Assembly: GCF_009914755.1 (NCBI RefSeq)
Contig: NC_060927.1
Direction: 5' to 3' (one strand)
Origin: the human T2T-CHM13v2.0 reference genome, Homo sapiens
Length of the DNA stretch: 64,000 nucleotides
Part shown: in pieces, positions 13,560-26,369 of the stretch
Layout: every line of letters begins with the position of its first letter
Numbering within the stretch: the first letter of the stretch is position 1
The notes under the pieces: model-generated
Told to the model about the DNA's origin: nothing
Seen by the model: only the letters and a program-made list of their open reading frames with translations
Database searches by the model: none
Position numbers and translations under genes: made by a program

Positions 13560-14600
13560 TCTATGATTTCAATAAGAATGATGACATCTCAGGGTGGCAG
13601 AGACTAATGAATTACACCAATATACCAGAAACAATTTGGCCTGCTTATTTTAATAGGAGAAAGGCTGGTAGGGTAATTATAATGATTTGACCCACAGGAA
13701 TCTTTGTCATTGAATAATTGATCATAGAGCCCTGCATGCGGAAATTGGAAGGGAGTCATGTTTACCTGGGTAAAGAATGTTTTCTCTGCAATAAAAGTCA
13801 TTTGGTGAGTATTTACATAGGACACAAATATTCTCACACTCTGAGTTTACTTTAAGAGATCCCTTCACATACCTCTTTCTTCAGGCCAACTTGTTATACA
13901 TCCTTATATCTTACTCCTTGTGTATCTCTGACCTGCCAATCATTAGCCCCAATCCCTGCATTACTGTAGATCTGTTTCTTGGGTCATCTCTCTTTTAGGC
14001 AAAATGGGCAGTGAGATAGCCTGCTTAAAATTCTGCCCATTGGAAGGAATTCCACCCCTTGGTGGGGCTGCTGCACTGCAGAAGTTTATCTCCAGTTTTC
14101 ATGGAGAACCATTTATAAACTAGCTTCACATGTTTTTCTTTTTCAATCAACTGATCATAGAGAACACTCCATGTAGCTCAGGTATAGATGAGAGTAAGAT
14201 GGCAGTGTGATGGCAGTAGGCACACCAGGAATGATAGCCACCTGTTCATCCAATTTACTCTTGACTTTAGGACCTGCTTAAGGTCAATATACCACATGCT
14301 GGAGGAGTGTTGCTGCCATGCCGGACTCTATGGTGATAGATAAGACACCAAATTCATGTGGGGAACTGACTTGAGTGTCCTCCTGTCCTACAGTCAAGTA
14401 GGTGTTTGGTCTCTACTATGACCCAATAGCAAGCCAAATGCTATCTCTCAAAATGAGGGCAATTAATTTTCAAATCAGGCACGATTTTGCTCCAAAATGC
14501 TATGGGCCTCTCCTCTAATTCTCTTATCAGGGTTTCCACAGAATCCCCCAGCATCTTGATTAGCCATACATATTTTGAAAACCACTGGAATCACTGGTCA
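13560..14600 (-). mobile_element. Ancient ERVL internal (pol/RNase H) remnant
   Basis: ORF fragment RIFVSYVNTHQ resembles the recalled ERVL KIFVSHVNAHQ motif. Confidence 0.65.
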
Positions 14601-14603
14601 TAA

Positions 14604-14707
14604 GTAGGGTGACCATATAATATAATTGATCACTCCAACTAGAACAATTTTGAGAGTGAAAGGAGGCACTAGTAATAAACATGTTGGGAAAATGTACGGT
14701 CATCCAG
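14604..14707. mobile_element. Small hAT-Blackjack-like MITE (MER81/MER94-like)
   Basis: TAGGGTGACCATA...TACGGTCATCC degenerate inverted ends. Confidence 0.55.
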
Positions 14708-15045
14708 TCATAAAAGCCAAGTGATTTATTTGTTCACTCTGCATCCTTTACCAGCTAGAGTACATATTCAAAGATGAATATAGAAAATTTTGATAAAGAG
14801 CTCTCAATTATATCCTGGATTAGGTTATTGAATTTCAAGGCAAAACTTCTTCAAGCACTCAGGCAGAAAAGGTAAATATTTAATTAGTTATCACACTTTA
14901 GTGTGCATGAGAAGTACCTGGATGTATTGTTAAAACAGGCTACTCAACTTTATACTCAGAATTTCTAATTCTGTAGCCATAAAATGGGCCTGAGAATTTG
15001 CATTTTAACAAATTCTTAGGTGATATTGATGTTGCTAATCCAGGG

Positions 15046-15214
15046 GTCATATTTTTAAGAACCATTGATCTACAGAAGAAGAAGAAGAAAAAAAAACATA
15101 AGACTGTCCTCAGTTTTTTTCCACAGCAACATGTCATACTTTTAAGAATCATTGATCTACAGAAGAGAAGAAGAAAAAAATAGACTGTCCTCAGTTTTTT
15201 CCACAGCAACATGT
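15046..15214 (+). repeat. Tandem duplication, two units of ~82-87 bp
   Basis: GTCAT..TTTTAAGAA.CATTGATCTACAGAAGA..AGACTGTCCTCAGTTTTTTCCACAGCAACATGT at 15046 and 15133. Confidence 0.9.
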
Positions 15215-15434
15215 AATACCAAATGATAATATTCTAAATAGAAACTTATACTGAGATGTAGTTGAAGTTTTAGGTCCACCAACAGCTTTTATAAACATGA
15301 ACAGACTCTAGGAACATTGCCTTCTAGAGAACCTTTTGCAAAAGCCATAAGATGATAGTCACACTTTTTTTTTTCTGATAATAGGATCTAGGGGTTACAG
15401 TATATTTATGACCTGGCTGTCTAAAGAAAGGTTG

Positions 15435-17714
15435 TGATATGGTTTGGCTTTGTCCCTGCCCAGATCTCCCATCTTGAATTCCCACCTGTTGTGGCAGGGA
15501 CCCAATTGGAGGTGATCGAATCATGGGGGCAGGTCTTTCCTGTGCTGTTCTCATGATAGTGAATGAGTCTCATGAGATCTGATGGTTTTAAAAAGGGGCG
15601 TTCCCCTGCACAGCTCTCTCTTTGCCTGTTGCCATTTACATAAGATGTGACCTGCTCCTCCTTGCTTTCTGCCATGATTGTGAGGCTGCCCCAGCCATGT
15701 GGAACCATAAGTCCAATTAAACCTCTTTCTTTTGTAAATTGCCCAGTCTTGGGTATGTATTTATCGGCAGCATGAAAACGGACTAATACAGTAAATTGGT
15801 ACCAGTAGAGTTGCTGAAAAGATATCCAAAAGTGTGGAAGTAACTTTTGAACTGGGTAACAGGCAGAGGTTGGAACAGTTTGGAGAGCTCAGAAGAAGAC
15901 AGGAAAATGTGGGAAAATTTGGAGCTTCCTAGAGACTTGTTGAATGGCTTTAAGAAAAATACCTATAATGATATGAACAATAAGGTCCAGGCTGAGGTGG
16001 TCTAGATAGAGATAAGGAATTTGTTGGGAACTGGAGCAAAGGTGACTCTTGTTATGTTTTAGCACAGAGACTGGCGGCATTTTGCCACTGCCCTAAAGAT
16101 TTGTGGAACTTTCAACTTGAGAGAGATGATTTAGGGTATCTGGAAGAAGAAATTTCTAAGCAGCAAAGAATTCAAGAGGTGACTTGGGTGCTGTTAAAGG
16201 CATTCAGTTTTATAAGGGAAGCAGAGCATAAAAGTTTGGAAAATTCGCAGCCTGACTATGCAATAGAAAATTTTTAAAAAACCAATTTCTGGGGAGAAAT
16301 TCAAGCCGGTTGCAGAAATTTGCATAAGTAGCAAGGAGCCTAATGTTAATCCCCAAGACTATGGGGAAAATCTCTCCTGGCCATGTCAGAGACCTTCATG
16401 GCAGCCCCTCCCATCACAGACATGGAGGCCCAGGAGGAAAAAGTGGTTTTGTGGGCCGGGGCCCAGGGTCCCCATGCTGTGTGCAGTCTAAGGACTTGGT
16501 GGCCTGTGTCCCAGCTGCTCCAGCTGTGGTTGAAAGGGGCCAACTTAGAGCTCAGGCCATGGCTTCAGAGGGTGCAAGCCCAAGCCTTGACAGCTTCCAT
16601 GTGGTATTGGGCATGTGGGTGCACAGAAGTCAAGAATTGAGGTTTGGGAACCTCTGCCTAGGTTTCAGAAGATGTATGGAAATGTCTGGATGCCCAGGCA
16701 AAAGTTTGCTGCAGGGGCAAGGCCCTCATGCAGAACCTCTGCTAGGGCAGTGCAAAAGGGAAATGTGGGGTTGGAGCCCCCACAAAGAGTCCCTACTGAG
16801 GCACTGCCTAGTGGAGCTGTGAGAAGAGGGCCACTGTCCTCTAGACCCCAGAATGGTAGATCCACTGACAGCTTGCACCATGCACCTGGAAAAGCCACAG
16901 GCACTCAATGCCAGCCCATGAAATCAGCTAGGAGGGGGGCTGTATCCTGCAAAGCCACAGGGGTGGAGCTGCCCAAGACCATGGGAACCCATCTCTTGCA
17001 TCAGTGTGACCTGGATGCAAGACGTGGAGTTAAAGGAGATCATTTTAGAACTTTAAGATTTGACTGCTCGGCTGGATTTCAGACTTGCATGGGGCCTGTA
17101 CTCCTTTGTTTTAGCCAATTTCTCCCATTTGGAATGGCTGTATTTACCTAATGCCTGTATCTCCATTGTATCTAGGAAGTAACTAACTTGCTTTTGATTT
17201 TACAGGCTCATAGGTGAAGGGACCTGCCTTGTCTAGATGGGACTTTAAACTTGGACTTCTGGGTTAATGCTGAAATGAGCTGAGATTTTGGGGGACTGAT
17301 GGGAAGGCATGACTGATTTTGAAATGTGAGGACATGAGATTTCAGAAGGGCCAGGGGCAGAATGATACAGTTTGGCTGTGGCCCCGCCCAAATCTCTGTC
17401 TTGAATTCCCACATGTTTTGAGAAGGACCAGGTGGGAGGTGATTGAATCATGGGGGCAGGTCTTTCCTGTGCTGTTCTCATGATAGTGAATGAGTTGCAC
17501 GAAATGTGATGGTTTTAAAATGGGTGTTCCCCTGCACTGCTCTCTTTGCCTGCTGCCATCCACATAAGATGTGACCTGCTCCTCCTTGCTTTCTGCCATG
17601 ATTGTGAGGCTTCCCCAGCCATGTGGAACTGTAAGTCCAATTAAACCTCTTTCTTTTGTAAATTGCCCAGTCTCAGGTATATCTTTATCAGCAGCATGAA
17701 AACAGACTTATACA
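15435..17714 (+). mobile_element. Full-length THE1 (THE1A/B-like) MaLR: LTR 15435-15790, internal region, LTR 17363-17714
   Basis: Two ~355 bp direct LTRs (TGAT...ATACA) around a ~1.57 kb THE1 internal region; degenerate TSD GGTTG/GATTA. Confidence 0.95.
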
Positions 17715-18448
17715 GATTATATTTACTAACCTCAGGTTCAGATGAGGTTTCCAGTAATATAAAACTTGACAATGCTCTATCTTTACCTACTACTATATTT
17801 CTCTGCCTACTTTCCTTTCATTCAAGCTAAAGAAATTAAGGCTCTGGTGCTGTTAAACTGTCTGACTCATCTGAAATGTAAGCCTTTATATTTGTCAAAA
17901 ATTGTGAAATATGTTTGAGATGATTAAAATAAATCTGAAGGCTTGGCTAGTTCATGTATGTATGTATCTGAACTTCAAGTGAACTCTATGAACACTGTCC
18001 TCTATAAAAACTCCCACAAAAAAGTGCAGCTTTTTTTTCTGCAGAATCCTAAAAGATCAGAATAGCTTTGATTTTTAAGATGACCATCAGAATTCTTTGT
18101 TCCCCTTCTGTGGAAGTTGGAAAATAACTTTGAATAAAAATTATCTTTTTTGGGTTTTCTAAAATAAACATAACTAGTTTTGTTTACTGTAACAACAAAA
18201 CTAAGTTGAGAGATGCAGAGGTGTAATATTAGAGGAAGTGTGAGAGTGCCAGTATTTTCATTTTCAATACCAGGAAGTCCATTTGAAACCTGAGGGTTTA
18301 AAGTACAATGATTCTAACTTCATCATGTTTTCCTTTGTCTTCTTTCATAATCTAGGAGGGTTCCTTAAGAAATAAAATCTCTTGAAATGAAAGATTTAAA
18401 GTTTAACAATTCCTCTAGTTTCCCTTCAATTTACTTTTCTTCTGTTAA

Positions 18449-18770
<322 letters not shown>

Positions 18771-19282
18771 GCAAAAGTTTTTTGGTTTTTTTTTGACTAA
18801 AATTAGTAGCATTCATATGAACACATTTTAAAAGGTTATCTATTGCTCTCATTCTGTATAAGCAGAGAAAAAAATACTTGGAATGATGTTCATTTACTAT
18901 GCTTAAAATTTTCATTGAGGTGTAATATACAAATCAGAAAATTCACTTCTTATGATTGTACAAGTTAACAATTTTTAGTAAATTTACAAGGTTGTTTGAT
19001 CATAATAACAACCAATTTTAGAACATTTCTATCACTCTGAAAATAACCCTCATGTTCACTTACCATCTCTATTCCCACTCCAGTGCTGGGCAACCACTAA
19101 TTTACTTTCTGTCTCTGTAGATTTGCCTTTTCTGGACATTTCGTACAAATAGAATCACCTCATATGTGGTCTTTGTATCTGGCTTCTTTTCTTTAGTATA
19201 ATGTTTTTGAACTCATCCGTGTTGCAGCAAGTCAGTAATTTATTCCCTTTTATTACGGAAGTCCATGGATATGCCTACCACA

Positions 19283-19646
19283 TCATGGAGTGAATTGTGT
19301 CCCTGTCCCCCAAATTCATATGTTGAAGCACTAACCCCTCAGTACCTCAGAATGTAACTATATTTGGAAATAAGTCTTTTAAGGAGGGCATTAAGTTAAA
19401 ATGAGGATATTTAGGGTATGTCCTACTCCAATCTGACTGGTGTCCTAGAAAGAAAAGATCAGGACATATGAGAGAGAAAGTGAGAAGGCTACCATCTGCA
19501 AGCCAAGGAAAAGAGGCCTCAGGAGAAACCAAATCTGCAGGCACCTTAATCTTGGACTTCCAGTCTCCAGAACTGTGAGAAGTAAATTTCTGTTAAGCCA
19601 CCCAGTCTGTGATATTTTGTTATGGCAACCCTAGCCGACTAACTCA
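19283..19646 (+). mobile_element. MLT1-type MaLR solo LTR
   Basis: GAATTGTGTCCC..CAAATTCATATGTTGAAG..CTCCAGAACTGTGAGA..GTTATGGCAACCCTAG. Confidence 0.85.
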
Positions 19647-20702
19647 CCATTCTGGTGGCTATGAAGTGGTATCTCACTGTGGTTTTAATTTGCATTTCCC
19701 TAAGATGTATATCATCTTTTCATGTGCTTGTTGGCAATTTTTATATCTTCTTTGATGAAGTCTCTATTTAAACGTTGCCCATTTAAAACAAGTTGGGTTT
19801 GTCTTATTATTGAGTTGTAAGCCCTCCTGATATATTCTGGTTAGAAGTACTTTATCAGAAATATGATTTGCAAATATGTTCTCTAAGGTTGTAGTTTGTA
19901 TTTTGTTTTCTTAATGGTGTTCTTTTGAAATAAAAAAGTTTTACATTTTGATGAAATTCAATTTATACATTTTTTCTTTTAAGGATTATGCTATTGGTGT
20001 CATATCTAAGGACTCTGCCTTACCTAAGGACAAAAAAGATTTTTCTATACTTTTTGGGGTTTAGCTCTTACATTTAGGTCTATTGTCCATTTGAAGTTAA
20101 TTTTTGTATAAGGTGTAAGAGTCTAAATCCATCTTTTTGCATATGACTAAACAAGTGGTCCATCACCATTTATAGAAAATACTATCCTTCCCTCATTGAA
20201 TTGCCTTAGCAGCTTTGTCAAAAATCAATTTATCCACAGGTATAGGAGTTTATTTCTGGACTCTTAATTTATGTCACATTGATCAATATGTCAATACTGC
20301 ACTATCTTGATTATTTTATAGTACATTATAAAGTTGAGAAGTATGTAAATCCTCCAATTTTATTTTTCAAGATTTTTCAAGATTGTTAGGTCTATTCTGG
20401 GAACTAAGATTGCTTATTTGGAATAAATCCTACTTTTTCATGGTGTATTACAAGATTTGTTAATGCTCTATAAAGGATTTTTGCTTCTAATTTTAGGAGA
20501 GATGTTTGTTTTTTTTTGTCGTTGTTGTTGTTTTGTAATGTCTTTGGCTTTGTACTGGCCTTCTAAATAAATTAGGAAATATTTCCTCTTCTATTTTCTG
20601 GAGGAGATTATATAAAGTTGGTGTTAATTCCCCTTTAAAGGTTTAGTAGAATTAGTCAGTGAGACCATCTGGGTCTGGGCCTGGAGATTTTATTTTGGAG
20701 AG

Positions 20703-20993
<291 letters not shown>

Positions 20994-23900
20994 TTTGGAG
21001 AGACTTTTTATCAAAAATTCAATCTCCTTAATAATAATAGGGCTATTTAGATTGTCTATTTCATCTGAGTTTTTGTAGTTTGTGGTTCTCATGGAATTGG
21101 TCCATTTATTCTAAATTGTCAAATTTCTGAGCATAAAGCCATATGTAATACTATTTTTTTTAATGGTTGCAGTATTTGAAATGAGAGTTCTTGTTCAAGT
21201 CCTCATATTGGTGACTCATTTTCTATTTTTGTCAATGTTGCTAGAGGTTTATTGATTTTATTACAATTTTTTGAAGAACCATCTTTTCCTTTCATTGCAT
21301 TTTTTGGTAAGATTCTCCTGTTTTCAATTTCATTGCTCTTTACTACTTTATTCCTTCTGCTTGCTTTGGATTTATTTTGCTCCTCTTTTTGAGGAAAAGT
21401 AGGAACTTAAATTATTGATATGACACCTTAATTTTTTTGGGGGGGGGAGTGAAAGTTTATTAAAAAGCTTTAGAGAAGGAATGAAAGGAAGTACATTTGG
21501 AAGAGGGCCAAGTGGGCAACATGAGAGACCAAGTGCCCCTTTCTTCATTTTTAATGTAAGTATATAGTGCTATGAATTTTCTTCTTAGTACTGCTTTAGC
21601 TGCATCCCACATACTTTGATATGTTTTCATTTATCCTTTTAATTTCCTTTGAGACTCCCTGTTTGACCCATAGATTATTTAGAAGTGTGTTATTTAATTT
21701 TCAAGTGTTTCAAGAGTTTCCTGTTGTCTTTGTTAGAGATTTTCAGTTTAATTCCATTATGGCCAGAGCACATGATTTCAATTCTTTTAAATTTGTCAAG
21801 TTTGTTTTACTATATATTTTATGTCTTTTTCTATTTGATGACTAGTGCATGGGCAATTGAGAAAAATGTATTGTTAGGTGGTATGTCTTATGAATGTTAA
21901 TTAGACCCTGTTGATTGATTGTGTTGCTCAGATTTTCCATATCCTGGTGATTTTTCTACTTCATAGTTCTATTAGTTACTGGGGAAAGGGGAGAATGATG
22001 TTGAAGTTCCCAACCATAATTACAGATTCTGCTATTTCTCATTTCAGCTTTATCAATTGCTGCTTCAGGTATTTAAGGCTCTGTGGTTTAGTTTGTACAC
22101 ATTTAGTATAATGCGTCTTCCTAATTGATCCTCTTATCATTATATAATATCCCCTTTGTCTCTGGCAATTTTCTTTGCTTTGCAGTCTACTTTATCAAAC
22201 ACTACTATTGCCACTCCTGTTTTTTTAAAAAAGTATTAATGTGTATGTGATATATCTTTTTCCACCCTTTTTTACTTTCAACTCACCTGTGTTTGAACTT
22301 GAAATGAGTTTCTTATATGCAGCACATAGGATTATGGATGGTTTTTAACTCAGTCTACCAATGTTTGTCTTTTGATTGGTATATTTAGACCATTTACATT
22401 TAAGGTCCAGTGTTTACTGATATTTTAGCACTTTAGTCTGTTATTTTGTTATTTATTTTCTATTTGTCTCCTCTGGTTCTTATTTATCTTTCTTGCCTTT
22501 CTGCAGCTTATTTAAACATGTTTTAGATTCCATCTTGATTTATTTGTAATACTTCTGAGTTTGTCACTTTGTATAGTTTTCATAGTGGTTGCTCTGGGTG
22601 TTACACATGCTACTTATAACAATGTACTGGTATCAATATTCACCACTTCAAATGAAGTGTGGAAACCTCACTTCCATTCAGGTCTCTTTGGCTTCCCCAC
22701 CTTTAAATATCATTGTTTTAAGTATCAGATGGTGTTACAATTTTTGTTTCAAACATAAAATATATTCTCTAAAACCCATAAGGAAAAAATTGTCTATTGT
22801 ATGAACCAGTATTTCTGCTCTATTGTTTCTTCTTCCTTCCTGATGTTCTAAGTTTCCTTCTTTTATAATTTGAAGAACTTCCTTTAGCTAGTCTTTTATG
22901 GGTAGATTGGCTAGTCACAAAATCTTTTAGTTTTCATTCATCTGTTAATGTTTTTATAATCCCTTCATTTCTAAGAATGTTTTGTTTGTTTTCAAAAGAT
23001 AATTTTGCTAGATCTAGAATTATAGGAGATGATTCTTTTCTTTCATCCCTTAAAAAATATTTGGCCACTTCCTTATTTATGGTTTCAGATAAGAAATCCA
23101 TTCAAATTGGTGTTCCCCTACAAGTAATGCACTGTTTCTCACTTGCTGCTTCCAGGACTTTGTTTTTAGTTTTCAAAAAATTATAATGTGCCTGGGCATG
23201 GATTTTTTTTTTCTTCTGTGGGATTCATCCGGCTTCTTGAATCTCTAAGTTAGTGTCTTCTATCTAATTTGGAATGTTTTCAGCCTTATTTTTTCAAATA
23301 TTCATGTCTACCCTTTTTCTCCTTTACTTTCTGTTACTCCGATAATATGAATGCTGGATATTTTGTTATTGTTCCATAGGTCCCTGAGGTCTGTTTATTT
23401 TTTCCGGTTTATTTTCTCTCTATTGTTCAGATTGGGTAAATTCTATTGTTCTGTCCTCAAGTTCACAGATTTTTATCCCCCATCATCTCTACTGTACCAT
23501 TAAGCCTATCCAGTGAGTTTTCAGTTTTTGTATTTTTCAGTTCTATAATTTTCATGTTTCCTTTTGATAAAACTTCTATTTCTATTTTTCTGAGGTTTTT
23601 CTGTTTTTTCATGTTTCAAGAGAATTTGTAATTGATTGTTGTAGCATTTTTATGATGTCTGCTTTAAAATTCTTATCAGATAATTTCCAATATCTGGTTC
23701 ATCTCAATGCTGGAATCCATTGATTTCCTTTTTCACTCAAGTTGTGATTTTATTGTTTCTTGATTTGCACTCTGAACATTTTGCCTATTATGTTAGGAGA
23801 CTGATTTCTATTTAAATATTTTGTTTTGCAAGGAATCACTCTGTTTAGGTTTAGCATACAGTTTTAGCCTACTTTTGTGGGCTGTAATTCTAATGGCAGC

Positions 23901-24364
23901 TTAATTTTCAGAGCCCTTGCAGTGTTATTTTAGTTGCTTGGTTTATGTAGGGCTCCCACTGGTCTCTGTTACTGCTGCCTGAAAGGGCAGGAGGAATTTC
24001 CCTGGCTGGGTTGCCAAGTGTCTCTTGGTGAGGGTGGGCTATGATAAATCCTGCAGATGCCTCTAGCTGCCCAGATTTCTCTGGGCCTGGGAGGAGAGTC
24101 TTGCTTCCACATCGTGGCTTCTGTGACCAGGTTGCTGGCTTCAGAGATGTCGTCTGTGACAGGTCCCTTTTCCTGGTTCTACCAGCCAATCCTAGTATCT
24201 CTGGGCAGGAGAGGACAGTCTTAGGCCTGTGCAAAAAGGCTTCCCCAACTGGACCACCTATTTTTCCTAGGTTTCTCTTACTAGCTCCTCCTGTCCACCT
24301 CAGTATCTTTTCTTGGAAAAGAGGAGTTTCTGACCCAGCAGGGAATAAGGGTGCTTCCCCTGGT

Positions 24365-24430
24365 CACTTATTTTTTTTGTAGGCCTCTCAATCAGTCCAC
24401 TTATTTTTTTGTAGGACTCTCAATCAGTCC
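24365..24430 (+). repeat. Tandem duplication, two units of ~33 bp
   Basis: CACTTATTTTTTT(T)GTAGG(C/A)CTCTCAATCAGTCC twice. Confidence 0.85.
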
Positions 24431-25297
24431 CCTTGCCTGAGGTTGCCAGAGGGACTCCATTAGGTTCAGGGGGAAGAATGAGCTACTGGGCTACCTTCTG
24501 CTGCTAGATGGAAAGTCAGGAAATACCTTCTGATAGGGGGATATAAAATGCCCTGCCTCTGTGCTGTTCTTCTGGTCCTGGGTTTTCAAACCAACCTGCT
24601 TTCTTCTTAACACCCTTTAGAATCCTTTGGTTTTCTCTTGTACCATTTCCAAAATTTATTAAGTTGTGCTTAGCAGGGCATAGCAGGGGAAATGGGACAA
24701 TGCCATCTTGTCCAGACCAGAAGTCTCTCACCTACTGAATGTTACGTCTACATTATCTGTAAATATATATATATTTTCGCTAATTTAGATCCAATTAAAT
24801 ATGAATAATCAAAAAATCCCAGAGAAGTCTACCTAATGCAGAAATTTAACCTATTTTCTCCACATGTAATTAAATTAATGAGACTGGGGGAAAATGGATG
24901 TGTCAATAAATGGGATCTAAAGTGAGCACGTAAGGATATACTGTTAAAGAACATACACACATACTCTCCTTCACTCAGGCCACCTCCTTCCAATCTGCTC
25001 AGTGTGGATCTCTACGTCAAGCACAGATGGATTCATGAAGCCTCCAAAGGGGCTTCGAAAAATGGGAGGGGGTGGTAGAGCCTATTATAGTGAAAATACA
25101 GTCCTTTCTTCCTGGGGCCCTCTGAGTGGCAAGACCTGCCTGGATGCTTCTGCTTGGGAAATCTCAACTCTGAAAGGCTGAGTAGTGCCAGGAGAATGGT
25201 AGCTCCAGAACTCCCTAGGTTGGTCGGGGTCTTCTCTGAACTTTAGTGGTGAAGGTGGCTTAATCCAATCAAATGCACCAAAGTAGGAAAGCAGATA

Positions 25298-25303
25298 TTT
25301 ATT
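25298..25303 (-). terminator. Candidate polyadenylation signal AATAAA
   Basis: TTTATT on the plus strand about 1 kb past the stop; usage inferred only. Confidence 0.5.
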
Positions 25304-25850
25304 TGGAGCAGCATGCTCAGCTTGGCATGTTTTCTTTCTTCCTTATTTATATACTGTGTCATTCCCAAGAAGGATTTAAAGTGACTTCAATCAATACACA
25401 ATATATATGAAAATATAAATTAGATATACAGGTAAAAAAAGAGCAAGAGGAAAACAAGGCACAGGAATAAGGCTGGTGCAAAACTGCTTCTCTGTGATTT
25501 TCTACACTTACAATAAATAGTCCATTTATGGGCTGGCAGGATAAACTCCTAACAAGAAAGGACCCTCAAGACATGCCATGGAGGAAGATACATTCCCATG
25601 GGAATGTCCCTATAATACTCCATAGATTTCCTTTTCCTGAAACATGTTTGATTTCTTCTTAAACATTCCCAAGTTCTCATTTTGAGAATGGCCAGGGTTC
25701 TGGGCAGTGTAGTCTACTGAAAGACTCAGGCTACTAAGTTCCTGAGGGATCACATTCCAGTCAGGGTCCATTACAAGTCAGAGATTATATAAATATGCAA
25801 GAGAGCATGAACCAAGGCTAAAACTACAGTTGGTAATTCCTCGAACTCTA

Positions 25851-26163
25851 ACTTTTTTGTTTTTTGGCCTTTTGGGTTTTTTAGTAATGGGGACTTGCTC
25901 TATTGCCCAGGCTGGAATACAGATGTGTGATCATGGGATCCTGGCTCATTGCAGCCTTGCACTCCTGGGCTCAAGGGATCCTTCTGCCTCAGCCTCTTGA
26001 GTAGCTGGGACTACAAGTGCATGCCACCACACCTAACTAATTTTTATATTTTTTGTAGAGACGGGGTCTCACTATGTTTCCCAGGCTGATCTTGAACTCC
26101 TAGTCTCAAGTGATTCTTAGCCTCCCAAAGTGCTGTGATTACAGGTGTGAGCCACTATACCCA
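25851..26163 (-). mobile_element. AluJ within the ILDR1 3' UTR (sense to the mRNA)
   Basis: Diverged Alu dimer 165 bp after the stop codon. Confidence 0.9.
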
Positions 26164-26327
26164 ATCTCAAACTCTTGTATTTAAAATTCTTCTATTTGAT
26201 TCTCAGAATCTAAGCCAAAAACTGTTAGACTCAGACTTGCAGTTCCCAAGTCAGCTGGAAACCTAGGTGATGCTGATGACACACAGGAGCCGAGAAGTAG
26301 CCACAGAAGTTGTGCTGTGCTTGGTGA

Positions 26328-26369
26328 CTAAATGACCACACTCCTTCCACTATGAGAGCTGTCTTTCTC
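26328..26369 (-). CDS. ILDR1: ILDR1 exon 8 coding part (EKDSSHSGRSVVI*)
   Basis: Acceptor TTTCCCAG|G; 42 nt; TAG at 26330-26328. Confidence 0.94.
   Translation of the reverse strand, partial: EKDSSHSGRSVVI

Larger units (their letters stand above)
25280..26327 (-). other. ILDR1: ILDR1 3' UTR (end approximate)
   Basis: Follows the stop codon; a minus-strand AATAAA occurs at 25303-25298. Confidence 0.65.

Noticed and set aside
16343-17151. 159 and 178 aa ORFs
   Set aside because: They lie in the THE1 internal region and are common repeat-derived ORFs.
21437-21540. T-run/G-run followed by a short LTR-like fragment within L1
   Set aside because: Too short to assign; probably a repeat remnant.
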